Source of the DNA: a virus
Virus record (IMG/VR): IMGVR_UViG_3300024262_003767
Length of the DNA stretch: 64,000 bases
Reading direction: 5' to 3' (one strand)
The notes under the pieces are model-generated. The model had not been told where the DNA came from, did not search any database, and saw nothing but the letters and a program-made list of their open reading frames with translations. Position numbers and translations under genes: made by a program. This document shows positions 18,387-27,352 of this stretch, in pieces; positions within the stretch are counted from its first letter, which is position 1, and each line of letters opens with the position of its first letter.

Positions 18387-19362
18387 GTAAAATATAATTT
18401 TTACTGATGGAATTATTTATTATTCCTTCATAACTTATTCTATTTGAACCTATCAAATTTAATTTGATATTAAGTTCATTAAAATATTTTCTCATTTCAT
18501 TTCTACCTTGAAATTCTTCAATTTTATCATCTGGACATTTTATTGTATATAACATCAATTTTCTATGTGACATTTGTGATGATTTATTTGTTCTTTTATT
18601 TACACTCCAACTCATATTTCGATAATCATTAGATTTATTATATAGATTATATCCTTTAGATCCATTTTTATATAATATTGCTGCTGGGCTTATTTTGTGT
18701 TTACCTGTTAATTTTTTTTCTTCATTCAATTCTCTAAAATACCCATGTACATTTTTTGAACCACTCATTTTTATTATATCTCCTTGTGGTGTCTTTATTT
18801 CATAAATTACTGATAGTGTTTTTTTTATTTTGTCAATAGTAATGCTAGTTTTATTTTTTTTGTAATTGGCGTTTTTGTGTGTCTCATAATACCTTTTTAA
18901 AGAGTCTCCAATTTTTTTCAATTTAGTTGCACTTCGTTTACTTTCTTGAAATTTTTTTGATATTTTTAACGATGCTGATATATTCTTTTTATGTTTATCT
19001 GTAAAAATTACACCACTTTCACCTTCACCACCATCACTTAAATTTATTAATGATCCTAATTTTAAATCTTTCCTTCCTATCTTTTTTATTGTAAGTTTTT
19101 CTAAATTAAATGATATATTTTCCTTTAAATTTTCATACAATTTAATAATTATTGGTTCTACCCCACTCTCTCTAATTTTTTTAATTTTATAGTACCGTAT
19201 TTTACTTTTTTTTATAACACTTTCATATAAGTGTACTTTAAATCTATCACCCTTACCTTTACCGACATAAAATGGTTCATGATCAAAAATTAAATCATCA
19301 AAAATATATTTACCAGGTTTTCTTGGATCTAAATAAACATAAACATAAAATTCATCACACAT
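18364..19362 (-). mobile_element. GIY-YIG homing endonuclease
   Basis: N-terminal YVYVYLDPRKPGKYIFDDLIFDHEPFYVGKGKGDRF (GIY...YVG motifs); long K-rich DNA-binding tail. Confidence 0.75.
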
Positions 19363-19464
19363 TTCTTTTCTTTTTATTCTATATATAAAATAAAAAATGT
19401 CATATTTTTACACTTTTTTGTAAAAGTAGAACTTTATGAATTTATATATAAATATAAAAAGAAT

Positions 19465-19614
19465 ATGAAAAAAAAGAAAATAAAAGTATATTTTACTATG
19501 GACGAAGAATTATATATAGAATTTGAGAAACATATTGATAGAAATTTGGTAAATAAATCTAAACTTATTGAAAAATTAATAAAAGAATATATGAAAATTA
19601 AAAAATTAATATAA
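19465..19614 (+). CDS. ribbon-helix-helix (CopG/Arc-like) small DNA-binding protein
   Basis: 49-aa ORF (below the track cutoff): MKKKKIKVYFTMDEELYIEFEKHIDRNLVNKSKLIEKLIKEYMKIKKLI; beta-strand plus two helices RHH pattern. Confidence 0.4.
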   Translation: MKKKKIKVYFTMDEELYIEFEKHIDRNLVNKSKLIEKLIKEYMKIKKLI

Positions 19615-19619
19615 TAAAA

Positions 19620-19808
19620 ATGGAAAACAAAAAACGAATTTTTTGTCACACTTGCGAAAAAGAGTATGTTATTACTTCAAAAGAAAATAGTGAAAAATTA
19701 AAAAAAGATTATAAATGTGATTATTGTGACAATGAATTTATTCATGTTGAAAATGATAGAGGTCATAGCATATCTTTTAGATTCCAAAATTTAGATATGA
19801 TATATTAA
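19620..19808 (+). CDS. small zinc-ribbon protein
   Basis: CHTCEKEY...CDYCDNEF, two CxxC pairs. Confidence 0.4.
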   Translation: MENKKRIFCHTCEKEYVITSKENSEKLKKDYKCDYCDNEFIHVENDRGHSISFRFQNLDMIY

Positions 19809-20017
19809 GGATTTTTCAAATGTTTATTACAATTGTTATACATACATACACCCAAAATAATTGTAGACAATGCAACCAAACCTATAATTATTTTGTGGTA
19901 TAACATTGTGTCTACACCAGCGCAACAGCTAAAAAAACTAAATGTTATTATAAGTAGATAAGTTACAAATCCTATAGATGAACCTAATAGTGCAAAATTT
20001 ATTAAAAATGTTTTCAT
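19805..20017 (-). CDS. small membrane protein
   Basis: Two hydrophobic segments; 70 aa. Confidence 0.4.
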   Translation of the reverse strand: MKTFLINFALLGSSIGFVTYLLIITFSFFSCCAGVDTMLYHKIIIGLVALSTIILGVCMYNNCNKHLKNP

Positions 20018-20080
20018 ACACTATATATACTTATAATAACATTAAGTTGCTATTTTTGTGTGTGATAGATAATTCTATTT

Positions 20081-20100
20081 AATGTGATAAAAATCACATT
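20081..20100. promoter_or_regulatory. perfect palindrome aatgtgat-aaaa-atcacatt (operator-like) in an intergenic region
   Basis: 8-bp arms with 4-bp spacer; a related half-site tgtgtgat sits 20 bp upstream. Confidence 0.3.
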
Positions 20101-20113
20101 TTTATTTTAGTTT

Positions 20114-20431
20114 TTAATTTTTTTCAACTAAAATAATATCTTTTTTTGAAAATCTAATAATGAAAAATTTACTGAGAATATTTTTTAGTTCATTATCCAA
20201 ATTTGAATCTGGTAGGGTTTCAAAATCAAAAATTCGTAATTGCTTTCCAAATATCTTATTTTCTAAAATTAATTTAAATAGAAATTCTCCCGCATTTAAA
20301 ATTTCACCTTTAATATCCAATTCAATATCATTGGTAGTTTCACCATTAATTTTAATCTGCCCATTTTTAAACCGTTGTCTTATATCATTCGAAAAAAGCC
20401 CCATCGATTTAAGCACTTCTGAAATTTTCAT
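20114..20431 (-). CDS. hypothetical protein
   Basis: 105-aa ORF. Confidence 0.45.
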   Translation of the reverse strand: MKISEVLKSMGLFSNDIRQRFKNGQIKINGETTNDIELDIKGEILNAGEFLFKLILENKIFGKQLRIFDFETLPDSNLDNELKNILSKFFIIRFSKKDIILVEKN

Positions 20432-20433
20432 TA

Positions 20434-20676
20434 TTATATAATTTGTTCAATCTTGATTTGCGTATCAATGATTGTAAAAGTTAAACATTTCTTTATTTTT
20501 GATCCAAAGTAGATATATAATACTCTTACACTATCATAATGTTCATCTTTTACTTTACTTATTTTCACGTCAATAGAGTCTTTAAGCAAAGTTCTAACAT
20601 CTGATATTTTAAACTTGAAGTTGTTTTGTATAATAAAAGATTTTACAATAGCACTTATTAATTCACCATCTCTCAT
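20434..20676 (-). CDS. hypothetical protein
   Basis: 80-aa ORF. Confidence 0.45.
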   Translation of the reverse strand: MRDGELISAIVKSFIIQNNFKFKISDVRTLLKDSIDVKISKVKDEHYDSVRVLYIYFGSKIKKCLTFTIIDTQIKIEQII

Positions 20677-20790
20677 TTATATTAATTTTGAAGTTATTTA
20701 TACCATTTATATATTCAATGTTTTACACAAGTTTAAAAATTATTATATAAACTACATTGCAAAACTACTAAAAAGATTTAGAAATAAAAA

Positions 20791-21897
20791 CTATTTACCA
20801 AATCTACTTTTTGTTGAATTGTAAATTTGTAAACTCTCATCTGATGTTAAATTTCTATCATATATCATCAATTTACCAATAGAACCATTGCCGAAAGTAA
20901 AACTTCCATATTGGTTGAATTGTATCTGAGTCCATGATGATAATGCAACATTTTTAAATTCTAACATATGCCATTCACCATCTCGGATATAATCATATAT
21001 GTTTGGTGTATCAACCGTGTCCATATAAAAATCAGGAGTACCACAATTACCATAATATTCTTTGTTAGATGAACTATATGCACCAAGGTAAAATGCTGTC
21101 GTTTGTGCACCTAAAAATAATGCCTGTGTGTCTGTTGTTTTTATCCAAAATATAACCGTACAAGTATTTGAGTTTGTTATTGTGTCTGTACAGGTTATAC
21201 CACCATCAGTTAAATTAAATATTTCTTCAAAACTGTCATGAACTATACCAGAACCGTCAAGAGAGAAAGATAAGTTTCTATTCACATCATACCAAGTAGT
21301 GTTGGTTCGTTGAGGTCCAGTAAAATTTGTCATATAAGATTTCTGTTCTATTTGTGGCGCATAAAAAGCATATTTATTTCCAGTTGAACCACCATAAGAA
21401 CTAATATACATTGAAGTCACATCTGTAGCAGGAGTTGTAAAAGTTTTAGATATTCTTATCCATCTATTTGAGGGCCAGGTGTTCCACGATGAACTTCCTT
21501 TATATTCTAAATATCCTTGATTTGTGTTGTGTGGTTGAGGTCTACAATACGGTGAACTTCCACCAATTATAGGTTCATTTTGCCAGAACCAAACAGATGC
21601 GGTATATTCTGTAGATGTTGTGACTGCGGCATTTCCACATCCCATATGGAGACTACCTGTTGTTGTAACTAGTTCAGATAATACACTATAACCTGGAAAA
21701 GGAGGATCAATAGTCAAATCGTTTGAACTCCAAGTAGCAGCACCAGAATTAACCCAACTAGATCTCCAACTTAATGAATTGTCAGATTGATATGATAGAT
21801 TAGTAGTAGATTCACCAGGAAATGAATTCAAATCTTTGGCATCTAAATTTATTAAAAGTCCATCTGTTACTATTTTTGGTCCTATTGATACTCCCAT
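20791..21897 (-). CDS. LamG/ConA-like lectin-domain protein, paralog A (putative structural/receptor-binding)
   Basis: N-terminal MGVSIGPKIVTDGLLINLDAKD shared with the upstream paralog; C-terminal LMIYDRNLTSDESLQIYNSTKSRFGK matches the LamG C-terminal motif (iYnraLs..Ei..ly). Confidence 0.6.
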   Translation of the reverse strand: MGVSIGPKIVTDGLLINLDAKDLNSFPGESTTNLSYQSDNSLSWRSSWVNSGAATWSSNDLTIDPPFPGYSVLSELVTTTGSLHMGCGNAAVTTSTEYTASVWFWQNEPIIGGSSPYCRPQPHNTNQGYLEYKGSSSWNTWPSNRWIRISKTFTTPATDVTSMYISSYGGSTGNKYAFYAPQIEQKSYMTNFTGPQRTNTTWYDVNRNLSFSLDGSGIVHDSFEEIFNLTDGGITCTDTITNSNTCTVIFWIKTTDTQALFLGAQTTAFYLGAYSSSNKEYYGNCGTPDFYMDTVDTPNIYDYIRDGEWHMLEFKNVALSSWTQIQFNQYGSFTFGNGSIGKLMIYDRNLTSDESLQIYNSTKSRFGK

Positions 21898-23243
21898 TAT
21901 TTACCAAATTTACTTTTTGTTGAATTATAATTTTGAATGGCTTCTGACTCTAAAATTGCTCTATTGTAATATTTAAAAATTGATATATATCCGTCAAAAT
22001 AAGATCCATATGATGCGTGAGCAGTTCCATACCCTTTACCAATACTACTAATAGTCACATTATTGGTTGTGAATGATGGAGAATACACTCCGATATATTC
22101 CCCATCAAAATAAAGAGTTTGTGCTCCATTAGTTGATGTTATTATCACATGGTGCCAGTTTAAATCGGCAACAACACCAGTATTAAAAACTCCCCAATAT
22201 TCTTCATTAATATCTCTTTCACCTCTAAATTGAAATGTATTTGAAACTATTGTATAATCAAGAAGTTGCATATAACCAGCAACACCATTCAATAATCGTA
22301 ATGCGTTATTAGTATTTGTTACATCTTGTGAAGTTAATGTGTTTCGTTTAACCCAAAATTCAACAGTACAAGAATTGAGATCTATTATTGTTGTGTTTAT
22401 ATCAACTTTATTGCCGCTTGTTACACCACCACTAAAATATATTTGTTTGTTACTATCATAGGACATATTTGTAATGTCTCCATTATTGTTACCTATTAAA
22501 TCCACCCAACCTTTTGTTGGTGATACACCCAATAAATCTCTAATATAAGGTTCTGAACCATCACACTTATCCATTCTTGGGTCATAAAATTGTAATTGAG
22601 TTGTACCATCAGTACAATAGTAATGATAAGTTCTATGATATGATGTTGTTGTTGATGGGTTCCACTTACAATCAACACCTATATTACAACCATTAATATC
22701 ACCAATTCTACCACTAGTTGAATACACACCCGTATCATTGTGTCTAGTTGTACCGTCATATGTATGGTAAAAACAATGTCCAACATATAAATACCATTGA
22801 TCTTTTATTAAAGATGATGTTGCTGAACAATTCCAATATGGATTACCACCTTCAGAACCATCTAATTTTACAACAGTAGGACCTAATCCAAAATAAAAAG
22901 TGCCACCACCAGAATCAGAAATTCGTTTTACCCAAATGGAAAATCTATAAGTATAATTAACATCTACACTATAAGATGATGTATTCCAACCACCATCTGC
23001 GTCACTAATTGTGTTTCCACTTGTCTTCCATACAACTGCCGATTCCCCCATAGGGTTTATATCTACAATTCTACTATTCTCACTAGTTGCACCATTTTGA
23101 CTAAATCCAGTCACACCACCTGTTCCAACAGTCCAATTATCCATATTAATATCAGAATGTCTAACATAAGATCTACTATTTGTTGCATCTAAACATAAAA
23201 CTAAACCGTCTGTTACTATTTTAGGACCAACAGTTACACCCAT
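21897..23243 (-). CDS. LamG/ConA-like lectin-domain protein, paralog B
   Basis: N-terminal MGVTVGPKIVTDGLVLCLDATNS; C-terminal YYNRAILESEAIQNYNSTKSKFGK; Gly/Thr/Ser/Asn-rich beta-sandwich-like composition. Confidence 0.6.
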   Translation of the reverse strand: MGVTVGPKIVTDGLVLCLDATNSRSYVRHSDINMDNWTVGTGGVTGFSQNGATSENSRIVDINPMGESAVVWKTSGNTISDADGGWNTSSYSVDVNYTYRFSIWVKRISDSGGGTFYFGLGPTVVKLDGSEGGNPYWNCSATSSLIKDQWYLYVGHCFYHTYDGTTRHNDTGVYSTSGRIGDINGCNIGVDCKWNPSTTTSYHRTYHYYCTDGTTQLQFYDPRMDKCDGSEPYIRDLLGVSPTKGWVDLIGNNNGDITNMSYDSNKQIYFSGGVTSGNKVDINTTIIDLNSCTVEFWVKRNTLTSQDVTNTNNALRLLNGVAGYMQLLDYTIVSNTFQFRGERDINEEYWGVFNTGVVADLNWHHVIITSTNGAQTLYFDGEYIGVYSPSFTTNNVTISSIGKGYGTAHASYGSYFDGYISIFKYYNRAILESEAIQNYNSTKSKFGK

Positions 23244-23295
23244 AAAACTTTATTAGTTTTACAAATATATATTTTAATAAAAAATTGGGTATTTT

Positions 23296-24060
23296 TTAAC
23301 CGTAGTATTTTTCACACAAAACCTTATCATTATACATATCACCAGTTTCTAAAACCATAGGTATATCGTATAATTTAATCATATTTACAATATTATCAAC
23401 CTCACGATTATTAAATTTTCCTGTTTCATCGAAAAGAGAAATATTATGTCTATCAAGGTGTTTTCCAAATTCAACTTCGGGACTTGGATTATTTAGGTGA
23501 ACTAAATCAATATACTTATGATATTTTTCAATAATTTCAAGAACATCATAACCAGCAGCGTAAGAATGTGCAGTATCAAAACACATACCTAAATTTAATT
23601 CAGGATTATTATCAATAAATTCAATAATATCATTAAGATTTAACCGATTACCACCTTCAGCAGTACTTTCAATTAAAATTTTAGTTTTTGCATTTGTTTT
23701 TTGGTAGGCTCTTTTTAGATTATAAAGTGTGTTTTTAATACCTTCTTCTTTGTCTTTATTTGAACCCATATGTATAACTAATCCACTTGCTTCAATAGCA
23801 TCACAAAAATTAAGATTGTCGGCTAATGATTTAGGTAAAACTGGTTTATCTGATGCAAGGTTTACATAATAATTAATGTGTACAAATATAGGAATGCGCA
23901 ATTCTTTCATTGCTTGAACATTTTCGTTTGTGTGGTTTGAAGGAAAATAACTTCTTGGACTACCAGGAAAAATCTGTATAGAACCAAGTTTCTCAATCTT
24001 TGCTTGTTCAGCAGCGATTTTTAATCCTTTTGATATTGATAAGTGATATCCTATTTTCAT
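23296..24060 (-). CDS. nfo: endonuclease IV (Nfo, AP endonuclease family 2)
   Basis: Collinear with E. coli Nfo: GYHLS, HINYYVNL, HMGS, ESTAEGGN, CFDTAHSYAAGYD, HLNN..FGKHLDRH, VLETG. Confidence 0.85.
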   Translation of the reverse strand: MKIGYHLSISKGLKIAAEQAKIEKLGSIQIFPGSPRSYFPSNHTNENVQAMKELRIPIFVHINYYVNLASDKPVLPKSLADNLNFCDAIEASGLVIHMGSNKDKEEGIKNTLYNLKRAYQKTNAKTKILIESTAEGGNRLNLNDIIEFIDNNPELNLGMCFDTAHSYAAGYDVLEIIEKYHKYIDLVHLNNPSPEVEFGKHLDRHNISLFDETGKFNNREVDNIVNMIKLYDIPMVLETGDMYNDKVLCEKYYG

Positions 24061-24074
24061 ATATTTTAAAATTA

Positions 24075-24111
24075 AAAGTGTTTACCCATTATATAATGAG
24101 TAAACACTTTT
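24075..24111 (-). terminator. hairpin terminator downstream of gene 24114..24923
   Basis: aaaagtgtttac...gtaaacactttt 12-bp inverted repeat. Confidence 0.5.
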
Positions 24112-24113
24112 GT

Positions 24114-24923
24114 TTATTTGATATTTACAACATAAAATGCTTTCTTCTTATGAAGAACATCAATGAAAGTGATGCTAGTGTTGTCACCTTTATATGGTTT
24201 TAAAGTGTGAACATCACCACAAGGATTATGTCCAACTATCTGATGATATCCAACTATTGGTTTATTTGCCAATTCTTTATCTAACCATAGTGGTCCACCT
24301 ACTTTACAATGTCCACCTCTACGATGACCAACATCAAACATACATTCCATTCTATGAGTAAATGCCAAATTCAATTTATCTGCAAGGTTGTTGATTGTAT
24401 AATCAATTTCCATTCTTTTTAGAAATTCTTCTACTTTATAGAATTCTTTATCAAATCTAGTATTGTACCAACCTTTGTGTACGCCTGCGTGAGTGAATAG
24501 ATAATTTTCAACTTGAAATGCCATTTGAAACAACTCAAAGTTTTTATTAAATAGTTCATATAAATCAAATCGCATTTCTGGACGATAACCACTACATTCA
24601 TATTTATTGCTATGAATCCAAGGTGAAGTTAATGCGTAATGTAATTCGTGATTACCCCACAACAGAATAACATTCCGTGGATAAAGTGTTTTGAATTTAA
24701 TTAAATCAATTATATTTTCTCGTATCTGATTGTTATCTTTATCAAAAGCATCACAGTAGTCACCAAGAAAAACATAATAATCATAATCCATATCAACAAT
24801 ATCATATATCTGGTTGCCTTCTTCCATTTGAAGAAGGTAACTGATATCGGCAAAAGTTTTCCAAACATTTCTACCGTGCAAATCTCCTATGACCATTATT
24901 TTTTTCATAATGCAAAGATACAA
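24114..24923 (-). CDS. PPP-family metallophosphoesterase (Ser/Thr phosphatase / ApaH-like)
   Basis: GDLHG, GDYCDAFD (GDxxDRG-like), GNHE motifs in canonical order. Confidence 0.8.
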   Translation of the reverse strand: MYLCIMKKIMVIGDLHGRNVWKTFADISYLLQMEEGNQIYDIVDMDYDYYVFLGDYCDAFDKDNNQIRENIIDLIKFKTLYPRNVILLWGNHELHYALTSPWIHSNKYECSGYRPEMRFDLYELFNKNFELFQMAFQVENYLFTHAGVHKGWYNTRFDKEFYKVEEFLKRMEIDYTINNLADKLNLAFTHRMECMFDVGHRRGGHCKVGGPLWLDKELANKPIVGYHQIVGHNPCGDVHTLKPYKGDNTSITFIDVLHKKKAFYVVNIK

Positions 24924-24933
24924 CTTTTCTTAT

Positions 24934-24966
24934 TATAAAAAAAGAGGTATTACCTCTCTTTTTTTA
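24934..24966. terminator. hairpin terminator overlapping the 3' end of the hpf gene
   Basis: A-run, agagg-tatta-cctct, T-run. Confidence 0.5.
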
Positions 24967-25249
24967 ATCGTTTTGTTTTTTGTTTTCGTAATTGCCTTCG
25001 TAATGCTTCAGTTGCCATATCAATTGAACGTTCAAAGTTTTCAGATTGTTTTTTTGAATATAAAGAACAACCTTGACAATTTAATTTAATTTCAACAATT
25101 TTATTTTCAGGTTTATTCCCTATTCCTAATATTACGTCAACATCTATAATATGTTGATGATGTTCTGTTAATTTTTTAATTTTTTCTTTTATAAAAAAAA
25201 CGAGTTTATTGTCTGTTTTAAAATGAACAGATTCAATGTTTAAATTCAT
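24950..25249 (-). CDS. hpf: ribosome hibernation-promoting factor / RaiA (YfiA family, short form)
   Basis: 99 aa; beta-alpha-beta-beta-beta-alpha pattern collinear with E. coli YfiA (MNLNIESVHFK..., ERSIDMATEALRRQLRK). Confidence 0.75.
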   Translation of the reverse strand: MNLNIESVHFKTDNKLVFFIKEKIKKLTEHHQHIIDVDVILGIGNKPENKIVEIKLNCQGCSLYSKKQSENFERSIDMATEALRRQLRKQKTKRLKKER

Positions 25250-25333
25250 TGTGCGAATTTTTATTTGTGAAATGAGATTTGATCATCTTATGTTTTATAT
25301 AAGATATTTGAAATGAAGTTTTAAACTTTGGTA

Positions 25334-25684
25334 TTATTTTTCAACATTTTTTGGAATAAACACAGATTTGTTATATCTATTTGTTGTTTCATTATTTAGA
25401 GTGGCAACTTTTTGCACATTTCTAACATTTTTACTTGCATTAAGTACATCCATTTTAAATGCATCTATATAATGATATCTGATGATTTTATTCTTTTTAA
25501 CTTTAGTATAATCCTTTTCAAGATTGATTACTTTTTTTACTTCTAAAAGTGCATCTTCATACCTCTTAAATGGTAATTTATTATATTTTCTCCAATATTT
25601 TATAAATAAAAACCATTTGGTATATTGAATGGTATACTCTTTACTTTCTCCAATAATTATTTCTTTTATTCTAAAATGTCTCAT
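25334..25684 (-). CDS. hypothetical protein
   Basis: 116-aa ORF. Confidence 0.45.
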   Translation of the reverse strand: MRHFRIKEIIIGESKEYTIQYTKWFLFIKYWRKYNKLPFKRYEDALLEVKKVINLEKDYTKVKKNKIIRYHYIDAFKMDVLNASKNVRNVQKVATLNNETTNRYNKSVFIPKNVEK

Positions 25685-25701
25685 ATGTTATATATTATTA
25701 A

Positions 25702-25974
25702 TTAAAAATCCCCAGAAGTAGTAATTTTTTTCACCAAACCATTCTCATCAATTCTAACTGTGTCACCTTCAACTAATGATTTGCTGATTGCATTTGTGGT
25801 TGCTGTTTTATAAATAGTAAACACCTTATTATCACCATCTCTTAATACAATAGAACTTGTTTCTGGATCTATTGCTACCACAATTACTGGTGGTTTGCGA
25901 TTATTTATTCTATTATTTGATGAATAATGACACCCAAACATTAAGAATAATAATAATATGAGTATTTTTTTCAT
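25702..25974 (-). CDS. lipoprotein
   Basis: Signal peptide MKKILILLLFLMFGC with lipobox L-M-F-G-C. Confidence 0.6.
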   Translation of the reverse strand: MKKILILLLFLMFGCHYSSNNRINNRKPPVIVVAIDPETSSIVLRDGDNKVFTIYKTATTNAISKSLVEGDTVRIDENGLVKKITTSGDF

Positions 25975-26030
25975 ACTACTTTCTTTTTTTATTATATATT
26001 AAATATTATATTTGTAAAAAAATTGTACAT

Positions 26031-26282
26031 ATGTTTGATAAATTACCATATACATCTAAGTTGAAAGTTTGTGAATTGTTTTATCTTGAAACAATTAGGA
26101 TTCCTAAAGATTATTTGTTACCGAAAAAAATATTTTTTTCGTGGAGTTGGATAACTGTTGAAACGTTATCAGGTGAAAGACTATTTAGAAGGGTTGAGGT
26201 TGAGAATTGGTATAATAATAATTTAAAATCAATTAGAAAACATAAATTACTTAGCATAACAAAAAGAGAAATGGTTAGCTAA
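26031..26282 (+). CDS. hypothetical protein
   Basis: 83-aa ORF. Confidence 0.4.
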   Translation: MFDKLPYTSKLKVCELFYLETIRIPKDYLLPKKIFFSWSWITVETLSGERLFRRVEVENWYNNNLKSIRKHKLLSITKREMVS

Positions 26283-26324
26283 ACTAACTACCTCTCTTTA
26301 ATGTATATTTCTTAGGATGACTAT

Positions 26325-26473
26325 TTATCTTTTTTAGTCTCTTTGGTTTCCTTTTCTTCTTTCTTTTCAAGAACATCTTTAGCAACGTCTGTTCTCTTAG
26401 TTTTCTTTGCTGGCTTGTTGTACTTTTCACTATGTTCTGTGAAAGAAAGTAAGTTATTTAATTTATCTGCCAT
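26325..26473 (-). CDS. small K/E-rich protein (alternative to the + strand ORF 26343..26525)
   Basis: Minus-strand 49-aa ORF MADKLNNLLSFTEHSEKYNKPAKKTKRTDVAKDVLEKKEEKETKETKKDK preceded (in gene orientation) by the conserved TTTTAATATATAATAAAAAAT upstream motif. Confidence 0.3.
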
Positions 26474-26665
26474 TTCTTTGTTTTATTTTTTATTATATAT
26501 TAAAAATATAAACTCATTTTTATAGTCTATATATTAATATTTTTCTTTGTTTTTTCTAACTATCAGAAAAAAGAAAAAACTTATCATACACTTTTTTATA
26601 TATATTAGAAATTTAAACTATAAATGAAACATATTTATTCATACAAATCAGGTCTAACAGCGGAT

Positions 26666-26738
26666 TTTTGTTTTAGTGGTTTTAAACAAAAATTCCGTAT
26701 ATGATTTGCTATATAGTTTAAAACCACTTCATTACGAG
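26666..26738 (+). promoter_or_regulatory. attenuator-like alternative RNA structure with terminator, upstream of gene 26773
   Basis: 13-bp perfect inverted repeat agtggttttaaac (26666-78) / gtttaaaaccact (26706-18); IR2 overlaps the left arm of the hairpin aaaccac...gtggttt + T-run (26711-26738). Confidence 0.4.
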
Positions 26739-26772
26739 GTGGTTTTTTATTTTTAAAAACATACTATAAAAA

Positions 26773-27324
26773 ATGGAACAATTAATTTGGAAAAAATGGA
26801 ATCGGGAAACTATTGATGATATCAATCAGTATGTCTTGGATTATGTAAAAAATGTTGATAGGAATGTTAAGATTATTGTTGGTTGTGACTCACATCCACA
26901 TAGAAGAAGATTAGTATATGCTGTCACTATTATTTTATATAATGAATCACTCAGAAAGGGTGCTCACGTTGTTTATGCTAAAGTAAAAATACCAAGATTG
27001 CGTGATGTTAGTGCAAAAATTAGAAAGGAAGCAGAATTTGTTTATACTGTTGCTGAATCCTTAGACCAAACATTAAGGGGCACTTACTATCATAAGTTTG
27101 ATAAAAATACTTACGATGATACTATCCCAACCAAATTAGTTGAAGTTCACGTTGATGTTAATCCTAAGAGAAACACAAGAAATGGTAGAAAATATTCAAA
27201 TAACTTATCTAATGATGTATATCAAGAAATTATGGGTTGGTTATGTGGTTCAGGTTTCAAGGTGTTCGCTAAACCACATGCGTATGGTTCAACTGGATCT
27301 GCGGATAAATTATCAAAAAGTTAA
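26773..27324 (+). CDS. hypothetical protein
   Basis: 183-aa ORF; IIVGCDSH motif of unknown affinity. Confidence 0.55.
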   Translation: MEQLIWKKWNRETIDDINQYVLDYVKNVDRNVKIIVGCDSHPHRRRLVYAVTIILYNESLRKGAHVVYAKVKIPRLRDVSAKIRKEAEFVYTVAESLDQTLRGTYYHKFDKNTYDDTIPTKLVEVHVDVNPKRNTRNGRKYSNNLSNDVYQEIMGWLCGSGFKVFAKPHAYGSTGSADKLSKS

Positions 27325-27352
27325 ATTAAAAAGCCTAATTATATTAGGCTTT

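Noticed and set aside
26343-26525. Plus-strand 60-aa ORF
   Set aside because: The overlapping minus-strand 49-aa ORF (26325-26473) is preceded by the conserved upstream motif in the correct orientation and has a more protein-like composition. The plus ORF is hydrophobic junk-like. Neither is certain.
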